DNA of 32,000 nucleotides, taken from assembly GCF_000195855.1 (NCBI RefSeq), contig NC_002677.1:2700001-2732000 (forward strand). The letters are read 5' to 3'. The position numbers and the translations under genes were made by a program. Position 1 is the first letter of the stretch. Each line of letters starts with the position of its first letter. The DNA comes from Mycobacterium leprae TN. Its GTDB lineage: Bacteria > Actinomycetota > Actinomycetes > Mycobacteriales > Mycobacteriaceae. Shown here in pieces: positions 1 to 9,374 of the stretch. The notes below the pieces were generated by a model, which was not told where the DNA came from, did not search any database, and was given only the letters and a program-made list of their open reading frames with translations.

Positions 1-133
1 CCTTGTCTCGAGGAAAGCAAACCGAATCGATGACGATTACATCATTACCGGCGCGTGCCGCCCAGGTGGCTGCAGCTGACCCCGCTGGTCCGGCGCCCAC
101 CACTACCACGTCTGCGCTAGTCTCCACCCTCAC
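1..133 (-). CDS. menJ: N-terminus of FAD-dependent geranylgeranyl reductase-like oxidoreductase (Rv0561c/menJ-like), truncated by the window edge
   Basis: Reverse-strand translation VRVETSADVVVVGAGPAGSAAATWAARAGNDVIVIDSVCFPRDK contains the Rossmann FAD motif GAGPAGSAAA. It is divergent from a polyprenyl synthase, as in Mtb Rv0561c/Rv0562. Confidence 0.85.
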   Translation of the reverse strand, partial: MRVETSADVVVVGAGPAGSAAATWAARAGNDVIVIDSVCFPRDK

Positions 134-148
134 TAGTATGTTGGTTGG

Positions 149-1156
149 ATGACGACTACGCCGATGGTGGTAGCGGGCATTAATTTCGGAGACGCTGCGT
201 TTGCGGCGACTGTACAAGACAGGGTAGTGAGGATCGAGCAACTCATGGATGCCGAGTTGCGAGACACGGACGAGGTGATGACCGAGTCAGTACTACACTT
301 GTTCGCAGCCGGTGGTAAGCGGTTCCGACCGCTGTTTACAGTGCTATCCGCCCAGATCGGACCCCGGCCCGACGCTCCAGAAGTTATAATAGCCGGTGCG
401 GTCATTGAACTGGTCCACCTAGCGTCGCTTTACCACGACGACGTGATGGACGAGGCCGAGGTCCGGCGCGGGGCGCCCAGTGCCAACCTGCGATGGAGTA
501 ACAGCGTTGCCATTCTTGCCGGCGATTATCTATTTGCTACGGCGTCGCGGTTGGTATCACAGCTTGGACTGGATGCTGTGCGGATTATCGCTGACACGTT
601 TGCCCAGCTGGTGACCGGGCAGATGCGCGAAACCCGCGGTGTGCCGGAAGGTGCAGATTCGATCGAGCAGTACCTGAAGGTGGTGTATGAAAAAACGGGT
701 TGTCTGATCGGCTCGGCTGGTCGGCTTGGTGGTTTGTTTGCTGGCGCACACGCCGAGCAGGTCGAGCGGCTGAGCCGACTCGGGAGCATCGTGGGCACCG
801 CGTTTCAGATTTCCGACGACATCATCGATATCGACAGCGACTACACCAAGTCCGGCAAGCTTCCCGGCACAGATGTGCGTGAAGGCGTGCGCACTTTACC
901 GATACTCTATGCGCTGCGTGAGACCGGGCCCGATAGCGAGCGGCTACGAGCACTGTTGGCCGGACCCGTCGACAACGACGCAGAGGTAGTCGAAGCACTA
1001 GCGCTGTTGCGGGCGTCGCCCGGGATGGCGAGGGCCAGGCAAGTGTTGGCGCATTACGCGGACCAGGCCAGTGGCGAGCTGGCTCAGTTGCCCGACGGCC
1101 CCAGTCGGGATGCGCTGGCGACTCTGGTCGACTACACAACCAACCGGCACGGTTAG
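149..1156 (+). CDS. grcC1: Polyprenyl diphosphate synthase (GrcC1-like, trans-isoprenyl diphosphate synthase)
   Basis: Intact 335 aa ORF with GGKRFRP, first Asp-rich motif DDVMD and second motif DDIID. Confidence 0.95.
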   Translation: MTTTPMVVAGINFGDAAFAATVQDRVVRIEQLMDAELRDTDEVMTESVLHLFAAGGKRFRPLFTVLSAQIGPRPDAPEVIIAGAVIELVHLASLYHDDVMDEAEVRRGAPSANLRWSNSVAILAGDYLFATASRLVSQLGLDAVRIIADTFAQLVTGQMRETRGVPEGADSIEQYLKVVYEKTGCLIGSAGRLGGLFAGAHAEQVERLSRLGSIVGTAFQISDDIIDIDSDYTKSGKLPGTDVREGVRTLPILYALRETGPDSERLRALLAGPVDNDAEVVEALALLRASPGMARARQVLAHYADQASGELAQLPDGPSRDALATLVDYTTNRHG

Positions 1157-1266
1157 AGCGCAGGCAACTCCTGGGTCGCGGAACCCGCAGGGTTGTCCTG
1201 GGCGTTAAATTGTCAGTAGTCCGCAAGAACCGTTGTGTGTCGAAACCTTTGCAAGGAGGACACTGA

Positions 1267-2130
1267 ATGACCTGGCATCCCCAAGCAAACAGGTTGAAGA
1301 CCTTCGTCCTGTTGGTCGGTATGTCCACATTGATCGTGGTTGTCGGCGCGATATTTGGCAGGACGGCGCTTTTCTTTGCGACCCTGGTTGCTGTAGGAAT
1401 CAACGTCTACACGTACTACAACAGTGACAAGCTCGCGTTACGGGCGATGCATGCGCAACCGGTTTCGGAGGTGCAAGCACCGGTGATGTACCGGATCGTG
1501 CGCGAGCTGGCTACCGGAGCGCACCAGCCGATGCCGCGGCTCTATATAAGTGATACAAACGCGCCCAACGCTTTCGCCACTGGCCGTAATCCACGCAATG
1601 CCGCGGTGTGTTGCACTACCGGCATATTGGAGATCCTCAACGAGCGCGAGCTGCGTGCCGTGCTGGGGCACGAACTCTCTCACGTGTACAACCGTGACAT
1701 TCTGATCTCCTGTGTGGCCGGTGCGCTGGCAGGCGTGATTACCGCGCTGGCCAACATGGCCATGTGGGCTGGCACGTTTGGCACCACCCGGGACGAAGAG
1801 AATCCTTTTGCACTGCTGCTGGTTTCGTTACTGGGCCCGATCGCCGCGACGGTGGTGCGACTAGCGGTATCGCGATCGCGGGAGTATCAGGCCGACGAAT
1901 CGGGCGCTATGCTCACCGGCGACCCTCTGGCCCTGGCGTCGGCGTTACGCAAGATTTCCAGCGGCGTACAGGCAGCGCCGTTGCCCCCGGAACCGCAGCT
2001 GGCCAGCCAGGCGCACTTGATGATCGCCAACCCGTTCCGTGTTGGCGATCGGATCGGGTCACTGTTCTCGACACACCCGCCGATCGAAGACCGCATTCGC
2101 CGGCTAGAAACGATGGTGGCTGGTCGATAA
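1267..2130 (+). CDS. htpX: Membrane zinc metalloprotease HtpX
   Basis: Intact 287 aa ORF with N-terminal TM segments, HELSH zinc motif, and downstream [11 protein letters not shown]. Confidence 0.97.
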   Translation: MTWHPQANRLKTFVLLVGMSTLIVVVGAIFGRTALFFATLVAVGINVYTYYNSDKLALRAMHAQPVSEVQAPVMYRIVRELATGAHQPMPRLYISDTNAPNAFATGRNPRNAAVCCTTGILEILNERELRAVLGHELSHVYNRDILISCVAGALAGVITALANMAMWAGTFGTTRDEENPFALLLVSLLGPIAATVVRLAVSRSREYQADESGAMLTGDPLALASALRKISSGVQAAPLPPEPQLASQAHLMIANPFRVGDRIGSLFSTHPPIEDRIRRLETMVAGR

Positions 2131-2657
2131 GAACTAACCTGCACCCCTCCTGGTCTAAACGTCGAGCTGACCTTCGGGTCAGAACATGCGTGGTTTCGCT
2201 GAGTTGATATCGCATGTTCCTGCTGTCTGTCTAGCCCCTTCGCGTTACGTTATTATTAGCCGAGCGATGGTGTGGTCAATCGACCATCACATGCTGTATC
2301 AAATCCGGCGTAAAACTGCATATACTTACTACGCCGAAGTAACCTGACGGCGACAAATAACATCCTAACGTCGCACTTTGTATCGAGGCCGCCATACACT
2401 AGTGACACTAGTGCGGCGGGCACAGACCACCGACCAACACCTAATCGCCAATATCCGCTGAGGTGGCTACCAGCTTGTCGCTGACATGCAAGTTTATGTG
2501 GCTGAAGTAAGTTACCAGACCCCTCCACCGAACGCAGTTAATGCGGCAAGTTTACCGTCAGGACATCACCGCGTTGCATGCACAACTTGCCTCTCGAAGC
2601 TACTAGGCAAAGCGTGTGTCTCCTCTCTCCAATCAGTGCAATCTAGTGGGAGGGAAA

Positions 2658-4148
2658 TTACGCAGCGGCCTCTGGCTGCTGTTCGGGTCCGATCAAGTCA
2701 CCCATGGCGCAGCGAGAAAAGTGACCGGTCTCGACCACACCATTGATGTGAACCGTTCCACCGGTGGCGTGATGTTGTCGCTGCCAGTCGTGAATCGCCT
2801 GATGCGCGGCGTGATCGAGGTAATTTACTGAAATATTGACCGTGACCCGCGTGCAGGGAGGGACAGAAGCTAGTACGCGGGTAAGCCGGGGCAAAGCTAG
2901 GAATGTGCACGCTCCCGCGACGAGGACGTGCCACTCGTCACCAACGGGCTGGGCCTCGACCCTCGCTCGTATCACCCGCCATCCGGTCAACGCGATAGCC
3001 ACGGCGAGTCCTATCATTACGCCGTGCAGGAGATTGAGAAATACCACGCAGACGGCTGTCACCAGGTAGACGGCGAGATCCCCGTTCCGCAAGGCGGTTT
3101 CGATGTGGGCAGGTTTCAACAGCTGAACTCCGACGACTATGAGTAGTCCGGCAAGTGCTGCAGAGGGGATCTGGTCAACCAACCCGGCAAACGGAATCGT
3201 GAAAAGCAGGATCCAAATTCCGTGCATGATCGACGAAGCGCGGGATTTCGCACCCGCGATGACATTGGTTGAACTGCGCACAATTACCCCGGTGATGGGA
3301 AGCCCGCCGATCGCTCCGGACACTATGTTTGCAGCGCCCTGCCCGATCAACTCGCGGTTTAAGTCGGTGCGTGGCCCGTTGTGCATTTTGTCGAGTGAAA
3401 CCGCCGACAAGAGGCTCTCGACGCTGGCAATGAGCGCAACTGTGATCACGCCTAACACCACGGCGCCCCAGTGACCGTCGGGAAGCTTCGGCAGCTGCAA
3501 GACATCCAGCGAAGACCTGTTGTCGACCTGAATCCTCGACACATGGAACGGGAACACCACCGAGACAAGCGTCGTGACCACGATCGCGACCAGCGGGCCA
3601 GGGATCCGGGCCACTCGGGCAGGAACCCACCGCCAGGCAATCAATATAGTTATCACTAATACACCAAGAATGACCCCAGGCCGGTGCGCACCCAGGATTT
3701 GACTTGGCAAGCCAATGGCGTTGTGCCAAGCAGTGCTTTTCGATTTTCCGCCGAGCAGTACATGGGCCTGTTGAAGTGCGATCGTGATGCCGACACCGGC
3801 CAACATGGCGTGTACTACGACGGGCGATATTGCCAGTGCGGCTCGCGCAACGCGGCTAAGCCCCAGCAGTACTTGCAGAACACCCGCTGCCACAGTGATA
3901 AAACACGTTACTCCCCAACCGAAATCGGAGATCAGATCGGCTATGACGACTGTCAGCCCGGCTGCAGGACCACTGACCTGCAGTGGTGATCCACCCAAGG
4001 CTCCAGCGACGATCCCTCCAACAATAGCGGCAATTAGGCCCGCGAGCACCGGTGTGTCCGAGGCGATTGCTATGCCCAAGGACAACGGGAGCGCTACCAG
4101 GAACACTACAAGTGACGCGGGCAAGTCATACCGGATAGCGGATCGCAA
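2658..4148 (-). CDS. SulP-family anion transporter with C-terminal STAS-like region
   Basis: Intact 496 aa ORF, TTG start at 4148 preceded by GAGGGAG. Contains SGPAAGLTVV, many TM helices, and a C-terminal STAS-like segment (RVTVNISVNYLDHAAHQAIHDW). Confidence 0.92.
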   Translation of the reverse strand: MRSAIRYDLPASLVVFLVALPLSLGIAIASDTPVLAGLIAAIVGGIVAGALGGSPLQVSGPAAGLTVVIADLISDFGWGVTCFITVAAGVLQVLLGLSRVARAALAISPVVVHAMLAGVGITIALQQAHVLLGGKSKSTAWHNAIGLPSQILGAHRPGVILGVLVITILIAWRWVPARVARIPGPLVAIVVTTLVSVVFPFHVSRIQVDNRSSLDVLQLPKLPDGHWGAVVLGVITVALIASVESLLSAVSLDKMHNGPRTDLNRELIGQGAANIVSGAIGGLPITGVIVRSSTNVIAGAKSRASSIMHGIWILLFTIPFAGLVDQIPSAALAGLLIVVGVQLLKPAHIETALRNGDLAVYLVTAVCVVFLNLLHGVMIGLAVAIALTGWRVIRARVEAQPVGDEWHVLVAGACTFLALPRLTRVLASVPPCTRVTVNISVNYLDHAAHQAIHDWQRQHHATGGTVHINGVVETGHFSRCAMGDLIGPEQQPEAAA

Positions 4149-4173
4149 TCAGTCGCTCCCTCGATCTCGATAG

Positions 4174-4234
4174 GTTCTTAAGGTTTTATTATTTTATAGT
4201 TAGTTATATATAGCATATACATAATTTATATATC
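4174..4234. promoter_or_regulatory. Extremely AT-rich tract (about 15% GC) immediately upstream of the SulP gene; possible promoter region
   Basis: ttcttaaggttttattattttatagttagttatatatagcatatacataatttatatatc, ending about 25 bp upstream of the TTG start on the minus strand. Confidence 0.4.
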
Positions 4235-4449
4235 GTTGAGGCACGTTGCAAACATCCCGTCCCTTAACCCGTATTGGCCTTTGGCGTTGCATAGCAACTA
4301 TGCAACTCACCTACACAGAGGTAGAATACAAAAGTACTCCAGCTCCGTTGTTCGAGTCAGAGTAGCTGCCTACTGGCAGGTTCGATGGTATTGGGGCGGC
4401 CGGGTGTGGGTCAAGTTGGCGAATCACGTGCATACCGAATCCTTGCAGT

Positions 4450-5480
4450 TAAACAACACGTACTGTTTGGTGAGACTAGCACCTCGAGTGTGCACATCAT
4501 GGCCGAGGACTTCGGTGATCAGGCCGCTACTATAGGTTCGTTCTACGGTCGAGGCATGGTTGATCACCACGTCGACTTCGCGGGTGATCGGCATAGTTTG
4601 AGACCGAATTCTCCGGCAAACTCCATGACCACACTGGCGGCCTTGCCTCCTCGGCGATCGGGTTCATCGATGCGATGATCTCATAATAGCGTCTTCCCCG
4701 AGCCTGGTTGTTCACCGCCGTGGAGGTTGTAGCTAAGTTGATTGGTACAAGTGACGATGGGGTTGCCAGACCGGCCAGGCCCGAGAAAAGTTTCGCTGCG
4801 CCCACCCAAAGGCCATGCCTAACTTCGTCATCTCGCGCAGGCGATCACTAGCGCGCGGGTGTTTTACCGATGCCCGATGCGTAACCCATCCCGACCACGA
4901 TGGCGAAGATGTTCTTCAGCGCACCCGCTCGATGACATCGTCGGTGGTGTAGACGCGGAAGCGCCAAGTGTGGAACAACGTCGCCAGCCGGGTAGCCAGA
5001 TGTTGGTCGAGCATCGCCAGCACCGCAACGGCGGCTTATACTTCGGCCACCTCCCGGGCGATGTTCGGCCCATCACATACAGGATTCCCACCGGATGACC
5101 GGGCAGCACTTTCTCGACGATCTCGTGACATCCGACGGGAATCCTTGGACCAGCGACACCACCGGCACCCACAGCCGCAGTTCCTTGGCTAGTTTGATTT
5201 TGATTTGAGTATGCCTCAGAAAAACCATCAAGGGTAAACCCATGACGACGTCGGAACATTAATTAAGCGGCCTCCGAGAACTAAATGGCAGCCGTGCAGG
5301 ATGTTGCTCAGGACGATGTCGTTTCCGAGGCAGCGGCTGTTGCGGTGAGTTCGTTGATGTCTCTTGGTTGTTACCTAGGAGCGTACCCATTGCAGCGTCG
5401 GTCCGCGGTGCGCGCAGATTTACGCTACGGTGGTGCCCCACGAGCCGTCATCGGGAACAACGACTTTAAGTGCGCACTGT
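4450..5480 (-). pseudogene. gpdA1: Relic of NAD(P)-dependent glycerol-3-phosphate dehydrogenase (gpdA1, Rv0564c-like)
   Basis: Reverse-strand fragments in shifting frames: DGSWGTTVA*ICAHRGPTLQWVRS, RCLGNDIVLSNIL, LRLWVPVVSLV, NIAREVAEV, AVLAMLDQHLATRLATLFHTWRFRVYTTDDVIERVR, KNIFAIVVGMGYASGI, YEIIASMNPIAEE, VVMEFAGEFGL, ITREVDVVINHASTVER. Confidence 0.85.
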
Positions 5481-5529
5481 TCTCAGCTACTGTACTTAGG
5501 GTTCAGCGTATTGCTAAACACCATCGCCG

Positions 5530-6760
5530 CCGTTGATGCGGTCGAACCGATATTAGATCGCGTCGGCGAAGCGTTTCTGCCGGACGTTCCACGGTTGTAT
5601 TTAGTGTATATTTTAGTGCTTAACTTGGGCAGTGCGTGCAGCGATCGCAGTACTTAATCGACCTTGATGTCCCATGGCGATTTTTCAGTTGTAGGATCGG
5701 CATCTGAGTGTGGATAACCGTGAGAATCCATGCACGCCAAGAATTTCGCTATGGATCATGCTGTCAAGGCGTTCGCGTAAAGTCTAGGACGCATTCGTGC
5801 AACCCACACACACCAGAACAGGTTGGGTACATGCTTCGAGCATATGAACCTTGTAGACAAAGCAGTCACAGAGATTGATGATTAACCTTACATATTGATA
5901 CTGTCCAGCCTGATCGCCACGCCATCAAACACCTGCAACTGCAGCCCGGCGGCGGTGATGATGACTTCAGCGTCGAGATGTCCGCCGGACTCGAGTGCGA
6001 TACCGGTGGCGTCGAAATGGTCGACGTACTTCCACGTGGCCCGCAGCGATAGCGCGGTAGAGGTCGGCATCGGAGATCAGGCACATCCGCTTATCCCACA
6101 GTTGGTACCGCGGTTTAATAGTGAGTGTCGACACTGTAGCCGTCAAGAAAGTTGCTGACAGCCGTGCGTCGTGCTATCCACTTTACCACCTTCGGTGTTT
6201 TGTGGGCGATGAACCACAACACCGCCGCTTGTAACTTTTGTATATCCGGATGATAGAAATAGGAAGTCCGGCGGGGAAACATTTTACAAGAGACAAAAGC
6301 GAACTTGCTGTATTTGTATGCCGACATCAGATAGCACGGTGAGTGCTGCAGAATGGTTACCTTTTCGGCCCAGTCGGCTAGCGATGGATTAGCGTGACTG
6401 CGGGAGCGACAATATCGACCACTACCATACTTTTTGCTGGTGTAGCCCAACTCGTCCGACCAGTGCTGTGGATGCACACCGCCGCTGAATTACTCTATGC
6501 TGGGGAAATCTGGGGCGTAGCCTTCGTCGTAGTTGTAGTAGCTGCTACCAAAGAACACGAACTAGCAGAACAAGAGCTGGTTTACACCAACTTGTTCGAC
6601 GATCACCATCCAGGTGTCGGTAGCCGAATCCCAGTTCTCTGCGCGCACGGAACTGTTGAACCGGATGTGGTGGTCGTGGGGTCGATACCATACTTGCGCG
6701 CGGTGGGTCGATGGACCGCATCAAGGCCGGAAATACCGGCGCCGACGATAACCACGTCGA
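5530..6760 (-). pseudogene. Relic of flavin-containing (Baeyer-Villiger-type) monooxygenase (Rv0565c-like)
   Basis: Reverse-strand fragments DVVIVGAGISGLDAV (N-terminal FAD motif, about 6.70-6.75 kb), IHPQHWSDELGYTSKK, AEKVTILQHSPCYLMS and AEVIITAAGLQLQVFDGVAIRLDSINM, with stops and frameshifts between them. Confidence 0.8.
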
Positions 6761-6827
6761 CTTAGCCGGTGTTAACTTCTTGGGGGATCATGGTCGGAAC
6801 CTCCTTATGAGCCTAGGTATCTACTGT

Positions 6828-7315
6828 TTAGCGGACGAACTGCAAAGCGACATCACGGCCGGCGTTCTTCAGCATCGCGATAACGACCTGCAGGTCGTCA
6901 CGCCTTTTGCTGGTGAGGCGAATCGTAGCCCTGCATCTGGATTTTAACGGCCTTGGACCTCTCGTCGCGGATGAGCTTTAGTGATTTTCTTGGCGTTCCT
7001 ATTGTCGATACCTTGCTTGAGGGTACCGGTAATTTTGTACATCTTGCCGGAGATCCGTGGCTCGTTGGCGTCGAAAGCTTTAAACATTGAAATGTCGCGG
7101 CAGATCAGTTTTACGTTGACAACGTTCACGGCAGCCTTGACCCGCTCCTCGATGGACAACGTCAGCCCGACGGCCTCGTCGGCCTTCCACCTGCTCCCGG
7201 TGTCTGTGACGCGAAAATCAAAGTGTGTCGTTAGTTCCTTGGCGGCTTGGTTGAGCACATTGTCGACCTCCTGCCGGCCGACCTTGCTGACGATGGCGAA
7301 CGATGGGTCCACCAT
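6828..7315 (-). pseudogene. Relic of YajQ/UPF0234 family nucleotide-binding protein (Rv0566c-like)
   Basis: [65 protein letters not shown]...[24 protein letters not shown], then a frameshift to [16 protein letters not shown] and another to [28 protein letters not shown]. Confidence 0.85.
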
Positions 7316-7384
7316 TCGGTCCGTCCCTTCTGCGGGTGACAACTGTTTGTGTTCTGTCTGCCCACTCGTTGTACCCTACTAGGC

Positions 7385-7468
7385 GGCAGGTTGCCCGAGC
7401 GGCCAATGGGAGCGGACTGTAAATCCGTCGCGAAAGCTACACAGGTTCGAATCCTGTACCTGCCACCA
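7385..7468 (+). tRNA. tyrT: tRNA-Tyr (anticodon GTA)
   Basis: GGCAGGT acceptor arm pairs with ACCTGCC. T-arm ACAGG-TTCGAAT-CCTGT, anticodon loop CTGTAAA (GTA at 7419-7421), long variable arm, encoded CCA. Confidence 0.95.
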
Positions 7469-7722
7469 AAAGTCAGCGACCGTTTTGGTTTCTGGTTACG
7501 CGTTTGAATATGCCTGAGTTGGTCAGGGTGTCATAATGTGAGCGAAAATAGCTGCACATGAGCACACCCAGGATGACAGAATTATATCTGTCAACGGGAA
7601 AAGTCACAATCCTCCATTAAGCATAGAGAACGCTGATGTCATCAACTAGCGCTTCCACGGCCACAGGACGATCAACATAAACGAAGCCAAAGCCATTTTA
7701 CCCCCTGTAGTTCTGTCGGAAG

Positions 7723-8304
7723 TTGTACAGTGTGAACGAGCCGCACCACGCCATCCTCACCGATCTGCTCAACACCTTTCGGTTTTCCGAAGTGCTCCAG
7801 CACATTGACGAGTATCAGCTGCGGCAGTCGATCGCCGGCCAGAAGGTCACTCCACTGGCCCGCGAATTGTATCGGAAAATTGATTGTTATAGTGAAGAAG
7901 ACCTCGTGGAGATCGCAGCCAAATCTCTGCGCGCCACTATCGCGTTGCACTCAGCCGTTGGTCAGCCACAAACATCCTCAGGGATTATCGATATCACCAT
8001 TCCTCGAGGATTGTGGACACCGCAGATAAAGATCCCTATCCGATGATATCACTTCGACCCCGAAAACTTCGACATAGGATGCGAAACACCCGATACCGGA
8101 GAACCCGGACCATCAGCATCATATAATGCTGAACGAAGTCTCATTCACGCATTTCGGCTGAACCACCGCGAGGGTGGCTACACCAACATGGCGAACCAAG
8201 TATTGAAAGCCTGGCTGCGTCGCAACAGCCAACCTTGCACCCTGCTGCGCATGGCAAAAGTGTTCCTGCGCGCGCTGCGCGCAACGCTGGCCATCTTGCG
8301 ATGA
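7723..8304 (+). pseudogene. Relic AbiEi-like type IV antitoxin / transcriptional regulator, interrupted by one in-frame TGA
   Basis: Continuous frame: MYSVNEPHHAILTDLLNTFRFSEVLQHIDEYQLRQSIAGQKVTPLARELYRKIDCYSEEDLVEIAAKSLRATIALHSAV...IDITIPRGLWTPQIKIPIR[*]YHFDPENFDIGCETPDTGEPGPSASYNAERSLIHAFRLNHREGGYTNMANQVLKAWLRRNSQPCTLLRMAKVFLRALRATLAILR*. This matches the typical AbiEi layout (N-terminal HTH, LARGLY-like motif, YNAERSLIDAFR-like motif). The only stop is TGA at 8044-8046. Confidence 0.8.
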
Positions 8305-8797
8305 GCGCGCGCAGTCGCGTGAAACGTGCTATATCTAACTTAGCGTACTTGGACCTTCGACGCCAAGTGCGCGAAAAAGACGGTTCACCGCAGAATTGCT
8401 TTAGCTCCACGCGTTCGAAGGATTCCCCGCCTGACCTGTGCAGCCAGCCCGGTACGTAACCACTTCGGTACTTAAAGGCGGTGTGCTGTTGGCCGCCTCC
8501 GGTAATTGCCACCCAACCCGGGACATCGATCTGTCCGGTATCGACGTCAACAACGACGCCGCCACAGTTCTTAACCTGGTTCGCCCCGTCTTCACAAGTC
8601 GTCTTCCTGATGATGACGTCCTGATATACCAAGCTGATTCGGCTACTGCCGAGGTGACCAGCAAAGAGGATAACTACTCCGGTGTGCAAGTTACCGCCAC
8701 CACAACACTGGCCAGTGCACGCCTGACCTTTCATGTTGATGTCAGCGTTGGGTACCCCATCTACCCCCCGGTGCCCACCATTCGCAAACCAAGTTGA
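8301..8797 (+). pseudogene. Relic AbiEii-like nucleotidyltransferase toxin, frameshifted and probably 3'-truncated
   Basis: Candidate start ATG 8301 overlaps the antitoxin stop (ATGA). Later frame gives LHAFEGFPA*PVQPARYVTTSVLKGGVLLAASGNCHPTRDIDLSGIDVNNDAATVLNLVRPVF...EVTSKEDNYSGVQVTATTTLASARLTFHVDVSVGYPI, with the AbiEii hallmarks LKGG, TRDIDL and FHVDV-GxP. Confidence 0.85.
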
Positions 8798-9172
8798 AGC
8801 GATCACAGGAGGCCGAAGCGCTTGCAGCTAGGCAGGTGGAGAAGGCTAGGATCGCCGAGGAAGTGTGGGCTGTCCATTCGGCGGCCAAGTTGTGATCCAG
8901 GCCAAGCGATATAAGCACCCTATCGGCGTATACGCAGTATGCGACCTCTTCGTTACCTTGCAAACAAAGGAGCAGAGAAAGGAATTCGGGTAACAACTAA
9001 GCGGCTACGGGAAGGCCTCATTCGAATTCGCGCAGAACAAGCCAATCGAACTCATCGACGGAGGCAACCTGCTCTAAATCTGTTTAAAGAATATGCTGGT
9101 GTTTAGGCCAAGATCGAAGTGCCTGATGACTGGCGCGATCCTATCCCGGACGCCGAAGATAACTGATGATCC
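8791..9172 (+). pseudogene. Relic Mrr-like restriction endonuclease fragment (coiled region plus Mrr_cat-like C-terminal half)
   Basis: KLKRSQEAEALAARQVEKARIAEEVWAVHSAAKL*, then VIQAKRYKHPIGVYAVCDLFVTLQ, then LSGYGKASFEFAQNKPIELIDGGNLL* and KIEVPDDWRDPIPDAEDN*. Mrr-type catalytic domains carry QAKRYK, a GYG.AxxFA segment and a P(I/L)ELIDG motif. Confidence 0.75.
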
Positions 9173-9374
9173 GGATAACGCAGCCCCGTCGTGGAGTGGT
9201 GCTCCGCCGCGAAAAGAGATCAGCCCGTCGATCAGCTTCCGCAGCACTGAAGCTGACCGTTCCGAGGGAATCCTTACTCGCTATTGCCTAGCTGGGCGGT
9301 CTGGCTGGCTGCGTGCACCGCGATCACCGTCTCGTATGTGCGCAGGATCGGCTCGATACCGCCGCGACCTAATA

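Noticed and set aside
822-1403. 193 aa minus-strand ORF overlapping the grcC1-like gene
   Set aside because: Antisense shadow of a clearly supported coding sequence; no recognisable domain.
3175-3729. 184 aa minus-strand ORF inside the SulP gene in another frame
   Set aside because: Alternative frame of the intact SulP coding sequence, no domain support.
8141-8806. 221 aa minus-strand ORF across the AbiE-like region
   Set aside because: The plus strand carries recognisable AbiEi/AbiEii fragments here; the minus-strand ORF is low-complexity and motif-free.
9180-9370. Possible additional gene between the Mrr-like and lysE relics
   Set aside because: Neither strand gave a recognisable motif or consistent fragments, so it is left unannotated.
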